A stretch of 32,574 nt of DNA from Minisyncoccota bacterium (GTDB taxonomy: Bacteria; Patescibacteriota; Minisyncoccia; Phycocordibacterales; UBA2100), in NCBI GenBank assembly GCA_022842645.1, contig JALHPE010000005.1, forward strand, positions 1 to 32,574. The letters are read 5' to 3'. The notes beneath the pieces are model-generated. The model saw only the letters and a program-made list of their open reading frames with translations. It made no database searches and was not told the DNA's origin. Both the position numbers and the translations under genes were made by a program. Within the stretch, counting starts at the first letter, position 1, and each line of letters begins with the position of its first letter. Shown piece after piece: positions 1 through 6,567 of this stretch.

Positions 1-625
1 ACACAGCTTGGGCGGCTAGAGCGGGGGCGCGCGAAGCGCGCGCCGCTTCAATGATCATTTTTTGGAGCTTCTCATGCCCCTCTATTTCCGGGTGATGAGA
101 AATTTCGAGAAACAAATCTTCACCGTAGGTTTTGTGATAGAACGCGAGCGCTTCTTCTGCTTTATCGCGCATGGTGTCGCGCATATGAATCACATGCTCA
201 CCCTCAATCGAGGGAAGTATTGCAATCACGCCTTCCCGATAAGCTTCCATAAGCTCTCGGTCGATTCTTGGGCGAAGATGAAATCCTTCCAAAAACGACT
301 TTGAGACAAGTTGGATGAGATTCTTATAGCCAACGAGGTCTTTTGCAAGAAGTACGAGGCGCGAAGCGCGATCATCCACTCGGTGCTCCTTATCATGTCG
401 TGAGCGCGGGGCAACAAAGAAATCAACGCCGATAATAGGTTTTATCCCAGCTGCTTTAGCGGCTTTATAAAAATCAATCGCACCATACATGTTGCCGGTG
501 TCCGTAAGCGCGAGTGCCTCTTGTTCATCCGCTTTTGCGGCCTCAATAAGCTCGTCTATTTTGGGGAGCGCCTCCAGGAGTGAATAGTGGGAGTGGGTAT
601 GCAGATGGGCGAAGCGCACGCTCAT
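1..625 (-). CDS. dnaE: DNA polymerase III alpha subunit, N-terminal PHP domain (partial, continues beyond window start)
   Basis: Minus-strand ATG at 623-625. The translation MSVRFAHLHTHSHYSLLEALPKIDELI...LTDTGNMYGAIDFYKAAKAAGIKPIIGVD matches the PHP-domain N-terminus of DnaE. It is not in the ORF track because the frame is open to the window edge. Confidence 0.85.
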   Translation of the reverse strand, partial: MSVRFAHLHTHSHYSLLEALPKIDELIEAAKADEQEALALTDTGNMYGAIDFYKAAKAAGIKPIIGVDFFVAPRSRHDKEHRVDDRASRLVLLAKDLVGYKNLIQLVSKSFLEGFHLRPRIDRELMEAYREGVIAILPSIEGEHVIHMRDTMRDKAEEALAFYHKTYGEDLFLEISHHPEIEGHEKLQKMIIEAARASRAPALAAQAV

Positions 626-651
626 AGCGGCAGTATAACACTGTGGATTTT

Positions 652-681
652 TTGATTCGCGTTCGTTTTTTCTGTTACGAT
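652..681 (+). promoter_or_regulatory. candidate promoter of rnhB (TTGATT-N18-TACGAT), with the -10 ending 6 nt before the GTG start
   Basis: TTGATT at 652-657 and TACGAT at 676-681. The start codon is at 688, a leaderless-type geometry. Confidence 0.35.
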
Positions 682-687
682 TGAGTA

Positions 688-1290
688 GTGCAGTGGTATA
701 TCGGCGTTGACGAGGCTGGGCGAGGTGCACTCGCCGGTCCTGTGTGTGTCGGCGCCGTACTTTACCCAGAAGACTTTGATTGGCGAGAGGTTTTTGCGCT
801 TATTACAAAACGTGGCTCTCCTAAATTACGCGATTCAAAACAGCTCTCGGCCCAGCACCGGGAGATTCTCTACGAGTCAATTACTGCACACGGGCGCTTG
901 CGGCATGCATATGCGTTCGTGGAAGCGGAAGTTATTGATGCTATTGGGATCTCGAACGCTGCACGCGAGGCGGCAGCGGTTGCGGTCAATCGTCTTGGTA
1001 TCGGGGCGGAGCGGGTCAAAGTGCTTCTCGACGCAGGACTCTCTGTTTCTTCAGAATGGCATCAAGAATCGTTTGTGCGGGGTGACGAAACAATACCCGC
1101 CATTTCGTTTGCTTCGATTATCGCGAAGGTAACTCGCGACACGCATATGGAAGATCTTGCGGAAACACACGCAGGCTACGGGTTTGATGCCCATAAAGGA
1201 TACGGCACGGCCGTGCACCGACTTGCGATACGCCAGCGCGGGGCACTGCCCTTAATTCATCGAAAATCGTTTATCACAGCCTTAGCTTGA
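688..1290 (+). CDS. rnhB: ribonuclease HII
   Basis: The N-terminus IGVDEAGRGALAGPVCVGAV is the RNase HII catalytic DEAGRG motif. It is 200 aa with a GTG start. Confidence 0.9.
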   Translation: MQWYIGVDEAGRGALAGPVCVGAVLYPEDFDWREVFALITKRGSPKLRDSKQLSAQHREILYESITAHGRLRHAYAFVEAEVIDAIGISNAAREAAAVAVNRLGIGAERVKVLLDAGLSVSSEWHQESFVRGDETIPAISFASIIAKVTRDTHMEDLAETHAGYGFDAHKGYGTAVHRLAIRQRGALPLIHRKSFITALA

Positions 1291-1321
1291 TTTGACAGAG
1301 TCTTGGGTATAAGGTGGTGTC

Positions 1322-1352
1322 TGCGTGCGAAAGTTGCACGCTTTTCGTTCGT
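1322..1352 (+). terminator. stem-loop plus T-rich tail after rnhB
   Basis: gcgtgc (1323-1328) pairs with gcacgc (1336-1341), followed by ttttcgttcgtt. Confidence 0.4.
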
Positions 1353-1370
1353 TAAGGGAGGGAATAATCC

Positions 1371-1595
1371 GTGTTTATAAGCCGATTTGTCGGAGATACA
1401 CTCGGCCTCATGCCTGAGGATCCTCAGGTTACTGAAGTCACTCAGAGAATCTGTCACGAGCATGGTCTGGAAGGTGATTGTGATCTTAACAAGATCTCCG
1501 CCCCGATTGCTCAACGTATTATGCGTGAGGTTGAGATTCTGGTGTGCCAAGGCCAAGGCCACGGCCGAGGGCAAAAGAAAGCACTCGGTCGATAG
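1371..1595 (+). CDS. hypothetical small protein (74 aa)
   Basis: Strong SD AGGGAGGG (1355-1362) lies 8 nt before the GTG at 1371. A clean terminator follows. No recognisable family. Confidence 0.55.
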   Translation: MFISRFVGDTLGLMPEDPQVTEVTQRICHEHGLEGDCDLNKISAPIAQRIMREVEILVCQGQGHGRGQKKALGR

Positions 1596-1610
1596 TGGTT
1601 TACTTTTTAG

Positions 1611-1651
1611 CAGGCCCGATCTTTTCATGATCGGGCCTGTTTCTTGTTCTT
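1611..1651 (+). terminator. rho-independent terminator
   Basis: caggcccgatc (1611-1621) pairs with gatcgggcctg (1629-1639), followed by tttcttgttctt. Confidence 0.7.
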
Positions 1652-1678
1652 GCCGATTTTAGCCGTTTAGGTTATAGT
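1650..1678 (+). promoter_or_regulatory. candidate promoter of rpmF (TTGCCG-N17-TATAGT), with the -10 ending 7 nt before the ATG
   Basis: TTGCCG at 1650-1655 and TATAGT at 1673-1678, with ATG at 1686. A leaderless transcript is predicted. Confidence 0.45.
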
Positions 1679-1685
1679 GTCCGCC

Positions 1686-1949
1686 ATGGTAGTCCGAATG
1701 CGCCGCAATAGGTCGCAAACAGCAAAACGCCGAAGCCACCACGCTTTGGCCTCAAAGCATATCTCCAAGGATGGGGCGGGGAACTTGTTTCTTAGTCACC
1801 GCGCCAATCCGGTCACCGGCATGTATCGTGGTAAGCAGATTATCGATGTTACCGCACGCGCAAAGCGTGATGCACGTCGTTTGAAGCGCCGCGAGAAGGC
1901 CCTGAAGGCAAGCGGTCAGGAAGCGCAAAAGGAATCCACAGCACAATAG
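1686..1949 (+). CDS. rpmF: 50S ribosomal protein L32 (bL32) with a basic C-terminal extension
   Basis: MVVRMRRNRSQTAKRRSHHAL matches the bL32 N-terminal signature. The track ORF starts at GTG 1677, but that codon lies inside the -10 box, so ATG 1686 is preferred. This is the Cys-less (non-zinc) form. Confidence 0.8.
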   Translation: MVVRMRRNRSQTAKRRSHHALASKHISKDGAGNLFLSHRANPVTGMYRGKQIIDVTARAKRDARRLKRREKALKASGQEAQKESTAQ

Positions 1950-1976
1950 TTTTGCGCACCATATGCGTGCTACGAT

Positions 1977-2003
1977 GGACCCATATGGGTTCTTTGTTCT
2001 TTA
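1977..2003 (+). terminator. weak stem-loop plus T-tract after rpmF
   Basis: ggaccc (1977-1982) pairs with gggttc (1987-1992) including one G-T pair, followed by tttgttcttt. Confidence 0.3.
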
Positions 2004-2014
2004 CGGCTTAGCAT

Positions 2015-2932
2015 ATGGCCAATCGTCACCTTGCGCGCTCGGTAGTCCTTCAAGTGCTTTTTGAGCGAGATGCTTCCGGTGGCTCGATGACGTTCGAAGA
2101 GGGTGTGACACGTCTCACCGATTACACCAAAGAGTTTGGCGCGCGCGAGAGTGATATCTCGTTTATGACGGAACTTCTCAAAACCGTCATCGCTAAACAA
2201 AAGGAAATAGATACCGTGATTGAAAAAGCCGCGCCCGAGTGGCCGCTTGAGAAGATTGCGGCGATCGATAGAAACATTCTCCGCCTCGGACTGTGCGAAC
2301 TTCTTTTTGCTGACAGGACTCAGGTGCCAGCAAAAGTTGCAATTAACGAAGCTATCGAGCTCGCGAAGAATTTCGGTTCAAACTCATCGAGTCGGTTCGT
2401 AAACGGCGTCATGGGCGCGGTTTATATTGAGCTTGGCGAACCAGGGAAAAACGATGGAAGTGCGCGAAAGTCTGGTCCCGGTGGGCAGGGGGTTGGCAAA
2501 ATGCCAGTTGAACACCTGGCGGGCGCGGTTGTGTTTGCAAAACATGAAAGCGAGACCTACCTCGCATTCGTCCACGATATTTTCGGGCATTGGACTATCT
2601 CAAAGGGAAAAATCCGAGAAGGTGAGACGCTCGAGGATGGCACCAAGCGTGCGATCAAAGAAGAGCTCGACCTGGACATCACTATCAAACAAGAGCTGGG
2701 GGTGAATGAGTACACTGCAAATGATTCTGAAGTGAAAGGCGGCAAGAAACGAAAGCGAGTTACGTATTTTCTTGCGGAGTCTCCTTTTGCAGATATTAAG
2801 CTTGGCTCGTCAGGAGGGCTTGATGACGCACAGTGGTTTCCGCTTTCTCAAGTGGGGTCACTCAACTTCTATGACGATACGCTCAAAATCATCATCCCAG
2901 CCATCAATGTGCTAGCGCAGAAAGTAAAATGA
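2015..2932 (+). CDS. nusB: NusB antitermination factor fused to a C-terminal Nudix hydrolase domain (305 aa)
   Basis: Residues 1-140 match NusB (ARSVVLQVLFERD...RNILRLGLCELLF...VAINEAIELAKNFG...RFVNGVMGAV). A Gly-rich linker follows. The C-terminal domain has the Nudix box GKIREGETLEDGTKRAIKEELDL (Gx5Ex7R-UxEExxU). Confidence 0.85.
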   Translation: MANRHLARSVVLQVLFERDASGGSMTFEEGVTRLTDYTKEFGARESDISFMTELLKTVIAKQKEIDTVIEKAAPEWPLEKIAAIDRNILRLGLCELLFADRTQVPAKVAINEAIELAKNFGSNSSSRFVNGVMGAVYIELGEPGKNDGSARKSGPGGQGVGKMPVEHLAGAVVFAKHESETYLAFVHDIFGHWTISKGKIREGETLEDGTKRAIKEELDLDITIKQELGVNEYTANDSEVKGGKKRKRVTYFLAESPFADIKLGSSGGLDDAQWFPLSQVGSLNFYDDTLKIIIPAINVLAQKVK

Positions 2933-2947
2933 TAGTACTGTACCGCC

Positions 2948-3634
2948 ATGGACTTTGGTCCATTTGAACAAAAAATTAACGTAGGCTTTAAGGATAAGCG
3001 ACTGCTCGAAACAGCGTTTACCCATAGATCCTACCTCAATGAAAATCGCGCACCGGGGCGCGAGCATAATGAGCGCTTGGAATTTTTGGGCGATGCGGTT
3101 CTCGAGCTTGTGGTGACTGAGTTTCTCTACAAGAAATATCCAGAAAAGCCTGAGGGTGAATTAACCTCACTTCGTGCTGCGCTGGTGAACACACAATCTA
3201 TTTCAGACGCTGCGACGAAACTTGGCATGAACGAATTTTTGCTTCTTTCGCGCGGTGAGGCGAAAGACACAGGCCGCGCTCGCCAGATTATTCTTGCGAA
3301 CGCATTTGAAGCGGTGATTGGCGCGATCTACCTCGATCAGGGCTACGCAGGGGCATATACATTCATTGAAGCGCAGCTCTTCCACAAAACCGATGAAGTT
3401 GTTGAAAAGCGGCTTTGGCAAGACGCCAAAAGCCGCCTCCAGGAAGTCGCGCAAGAAAAAATAGGCGTGACACCCACCTATGAACTTATGGATCAAAGTG
3501 GCCCTGATCATGCGCGCTCGTTTACCATCGCGGTCTTCTTAGGCAAAGAAAAGCAGGCGTTAGGCGAAGGGAAGTCCAAGCAAGAGGCGGAACAAGATGC
3601 GGCAGGGAAGGCACTTGTGGCAAAGGGGTGGTAG
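2948..3634 (+). CDS. rnc: ribonuclease III
   Basis: The signature NERLEFLGDAVLELVV is present, with a C-terminal dsRBD (GPDHARSFTIAV...GEGKSKQEAEQDAA). Confidence 0.92.
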   Translation: MDFGPFEQKINVGFKDKRLLETAFTHRSYLNENRAPGREHNERLEFLGDAVLELVVTEFLYKKYPEKPEGELTSLRAALVNTQSISDAATKLGMNEFLLLSRGEAKDTGRARQIILANAFEAVIGAIYLDQGYAGAYTFIEAQLFHKTDEVVEKRLWQDAKSRLQEVAQEKIGVTPTYELMDQSGPDHARSFTIAVFLGKEKQALGEGKSKQEAEQDAAGKALVAKGW

Positions 3635-3684
3635 CATGAAGTAATGGAAAGAGGGAAGGTGGATAGCAAAAAGTTACCGCAATG

Positions 3685-3721
3685 GGCAAAAGAAAGAACC
3701 TAGGCAGTTGCCCGCCTAGGT
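3685..3721 (-). terminator. rho-independent terminator of the 156-aa gene (minus strand)
   Basis: acctaggc (3698-3705) pairs with gcctaggt (3714-3721). On the minus strand the stem is followed by ttctttcttttg. Confidence 0.6.
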
Positions 3722-3776
3722 CCATGATCGTCCGCTGTGTATCACCTCGTCTTAGAGGCGACTTCGCCGAAGTGGA

Positions 3777-4247
3777 CTACTTCGTCGGCGGAGCCAACTG
3801 AGAACTGCGCCCGATAGGCTTGAGCTTCTGGATTCCGGAGAATCCAGTGAGCCCATATTTCGTGGGGTTCTTGACGAACTCGCCGACGAAAGCCCAGAGC
3901 TTGTTGTTCTCGTTGTTAACGAGCGGGAGGGGCAAGCTTTGTTGGTCGAAGAGCTTGCTGGTCTTCATGATCTCGCGCAGTGCTTCGCTGATGTCGGCTT
4001 TGTTTGCCTCAAAGACCTCTGCCGGCGTGGGGTTCTGCTTTCCCTCGTCGATGGTCATCTTGACATATCCGACCTTAACGGCACGGATGAGAGCCTTCAC
4101 CAAACCAAGCGGCGCGTGATACCGATCCTCGACGCTCCCCCCAGATTCCTTCGCCAGCTTTTCCCGGTCCACAGGAAACTCCGGCGCTTTTCTCTGAGCA
4201 GGCAGATTTTGCGTCGCGGTTGCCAGACTATTCATAGAGTCGGCCAT
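3777..4247 (-). CDS. hypothetical protein (156 aa)
   Basis: SD GGAGGG lies 7 nt upstream of the ATG at 4247. A candidate promoter is upstream and a terminator downstream. No TM segment and no recognisable domain. Confidence 0.6.
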   Translation of the reverse strand: MADSMNSLATATQNLPAQRKAPEFPVDREKLAKESGGSVEDRYHAPLGLVKALIRAVKVGYVKMTIDEGKQNPTPAEVFEANKADISEALREIMKTSKLFDQQSLPLPLVNNENNKLWAFVGEFVKNPTKYGLTGFSGIQKLKPIGRSSQLAPPTK

Positions 4248-4340
4248 AGGTATACCCTCCTCAATGGGGTATGTAGCCCTTCGCTGATCTAGACCCTTAC
4301 GGGCATCCCTGGCGGCTACAACCAGGCTAGACCGTGTGCA

Positions 4341-4368
4341 ATATTAACATATAGTATTTATTTGTCAA
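4341..4368 (-). promoter_or_regulatory. candidate promoter (TTGACA-N16-TAATAT) for the 156-aa gene
   Basis: The minus-strand TTGACA is the reverse complement of 4363-4368 and overlaps the stop codon of the upstream gene. TAATAT is the reverse complement of 4341-4346. Confidence 0.45.
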
Positions 4369-5362
4369 GGCCTCTTTTTTTACCCATTTTCCTACTTATG
4401 GCTGAGCGGACAACGCCCAATTCGCCGCGGTTGAAGAAAGTAAAGGATCGTATTTCCTCATCGAGGGATAAAAGTTCTGCTTCAGAGTCGGCCGAGCGAA
4501 TGCGCTCTATAAATGCTTTTCGAGCCTCGCGCTCGATTTCTCCCCGTTCGCTGATTTCATCAAGCGTTAGACGCTGCTTGGTGGGTGTTAATGTTTTTGG
4601 GTGAAGTTCTGAAACTCGCGTCTCAATTGTTGAAACAATATGGTCGCGCGCGCTTTCGTTAAAGAAACTAAAATTCTTTACGCGATCAAGAATCACTCTA
4701 ATATCCTCCTCATTATTTGCCTGCCATGCATCTCGAACAAAGAGAAACGTGGCTCGCTTATCAATTAAATCAGGGATTTGTATTTCGCGTAGTTGATCCT
4801 CACTATACAAACTAAAGAGATCAAACGCACGCATGAGATCGTCAACCGAATTGCTTTCGGCAATGAAGCGCCAGAACCTATCAAGAGTCTCGTCGCGTTC
4901 TGGTTCTTTTCTTGTTTCGCTCCCCCTTATTCTCTGCAGTTTAGTCTGAGGATAGTGCTCTTTCTGGAGCACTCCCTCTCTGTAGCGTGACAGACATTCA
5001 ACGAATGCTGCGGGTGTTGCAGGAAGAAAAATGGAAATGTTAGAGGGGAAGTCAACCTGAGCGTCGTCAGGGATTGTGTCAGGCCATCCATCTTGAAGAT
5101 TTGCTAATTGGCGTTCATTGAGACTCGTATTGAGCTCTGAGAGAATGTGCATGACAGAGAAATTGCGACCCGTACTATTGCCAACAATGTCGGGGTGCCA
5201 CTGTCTAAAGAGTTGTTTCAACTGTGCTTTTGTCCGCTCTCTCTCAGAGCTCCCATTTAGATCGTCAGTATTATGTATCATGACAAAACCATAACATTTT
5301 TTTGGTGTCTCCACAGGCGGGGGTGAGGACTGCGCTGTGCAGGCGTATAATGTAGCGTACAT
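4358..5362 (-). CDS. hypothetical protein with an N-terminal J-domain-like HPD motif and internal FxFFN repeats
   Basis: KAQLKQLFRQWHPDIVGN...FSVMHILSELNTSLNE resembles J-domain helix II-HPD-helix III. The C-terminal half repeats RVKNFSFFNESARDHIVSTI and EIRSFTFFNRGELGVVRSAI. The alternative start at 5281 (MIHNTDD) would leave room for divergent promoters. Confidence 0.55.
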   Translation of the reverse strand: MYATLYACTAQSSPPPVETPKKCYGFVMIHNTDDLNGSSERERTKAQLKQLFRQWHPDIVGNSTGRNFSVMHILSELNTSLNERQLANLQDGWPDTIPDDAQVDFPSNISIFLPATPAAFVECLSRYREGVLQKEHYPQTKLQRIRGSETRKEPERDETLDRFWRFIAESNSVDDLMRAFDLFSLYSEDQLREIQIPDLIDKRATFLFVRDAWQANNEEDIRVILDRVKNFSFFNESARDHIVSTIETRVSELHPKTLTPTKQRLTLDEISERGEIEREARKAFIERIRSADSEAELLSLDEEIRSFTFFNRGELGVVRSAISRKMGKKRGLDK

Positions 5363-6482
5363 GAACGAAATGCCGTCGGATGCTCAACAAAAACCCCTCA
5401 CAGAAGATGAGTGGTCTCAGATTGTATCTGCGCTACGCACTGTCCGGGCGGCTGAAAGTGGGGATCGAGAACGGATACAGAATGATGCACGAGCGCAACT
5501 GCCCGCTACTCTACGAAAGAGATTTGATAGTGAGTATAGCGCGACTCTTGGCGAGAGTTACGAGGGAGAACTGAGTGAGGAACAGGGGCCGCGAACTGAT
5601 AGTGAAGAGACTCAGATTGTCGACGAAGCCGTGCTTGTTGATCGATTACAGGAGGTGCGTCAAAAAAGAAAAGCGTCCCAAAAAATACTTAGTGAGCGCT
5701 TCGGAAATCGAGGGGTCAAGGTTGACGGGACGCCAGGATATGCCTGGCACGACCCGGCAGATGATTCGATGTATGTGGTGCGTAAAGATGGTGAAATTCA
5801 ACAAGTAAATTCTGGAGAATCCTATGATTTTGGTCAGCGCGGAGAACGTAATTGGAAGATTTGGCGTGGAAGGGAGGGGGGGTGGCACGATCAGGCAGAG
5901 AACCAGCGGACGCACACTAATCCTCCGATTGCGCCATCTCGCATGGGCGTACGTCTCAACCAAGCCTCAATTGAAAGACCCTCGGCACAGGAGACTATAG
6001 TAGATAAAAACAAACAAAGACCCACTCGCTCAAGAACATCAATGGAAGGAGATCGTGTAATCAAAGAAGAATACGACAACGCACTTGATGCATATCCCTC
6101 TGACATTGCAGCTCGGCTGGGAATCTCGACCAATGAGCTTGCGCACCTACGAGAATCTCAAGGCATAGGGCATGTACGTCGTCTCCTGCTAAAAAAGCAA
6201 GTAGAGCACACCGCAAAAAAGTTAGCCGAACAAATGTCCGATACTCCTAAAGCTAATCGCGAACAAACCCCACCGCCAATCCCAACACAAACCCCCGATG
6301 ATTTGCAGGAGCGCATTCGAGAAGTAAGAAAGATGTTGCGCCAACCCCCTCCGATTCCACAAACTCCACCGTCTATCACTCAAACATTACACACTCCAGG
6401 ATCGTTAGATACCATGATCGGGAATGGGATACATAATGATTGGCAATGGTTGCGCGACATCTTCAAAAAACGATTTATGTAA
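5361..6482 (+). CDS. hypothetical low-complexity, Pro-rich protein
   Basis: Long ORF with a charged, disordered-looking composition. PPPIP(T)QTP is repeated near the C-terminus. The start is set at ATG 5361 rather than the track's 5337 to reduce overlap with the divergent gene. Confidence 0.5.
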   Translation: MNEMPSDAQQKPLTEDEWSQIVSALRTVRAAESGDRERIQNDARAQLPATLRKRFDSEYSATLGESYEGELSEEQGPRTDSEETQIVDEAVLVDRLQEVRQKRKASQKILSERFGNRGVKVDGTPGYAWHDPADDSMYVVRKDGEIQQVNSGESYDFGQRGERNWKIWRGREGGWHDQAENQRTHTNPPIAPSRMGVRLNQASIERPSAQETIVDKNKQRPTRSRTSMEGDRVIKEEYDNALDAYPSDIAARLGISTNELAHLRESQGIGHVRRLLLKKQVEHTAKKLAEQMSDTPKANREQTPPPIPTQTPDDLQERIREVRKMLRQPPPIPQTPPSITQTLHTPGSLDTMIGNGIHNDWQWLRDIFKKRFM

Positions 6483-6552
6483 ATTTTTGAGTCTGAAGGG
6501 ATGTCCGTGTTCGTTCTTTACTTTGCAAAAATAGCTCGAGGCTCAACTTTTT

Positions 6553-6561
6553 TGGTAGAAT
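6553..6561 (+). promoter_or_regulatory. extended -10 element TGgTAGAAT ending 6 nt before the smc GTG
   Basis: TG at 6553-6554 and TAGAAT at 6556-6561, with the start at 6568. No good -35 element. Confidence 0.35.
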
Positions 6562-6567
6562 AAGCAG

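Noticed and set aside
1257-1662. Competing ORFs in the rnhB-rpmF spacer (1257-1628 on the minus strand, 123 aa; 1387-1662 on the plus strand, 91 aa).
   Set aside because: Only the 1371-1595 frame has a strong SD at the right spacing and stops just before the terminator hairpin. The 91-aa frame runs through the terminator stem. The minus-strand ORF overlaps the rnhB 3' end and lacks signals.
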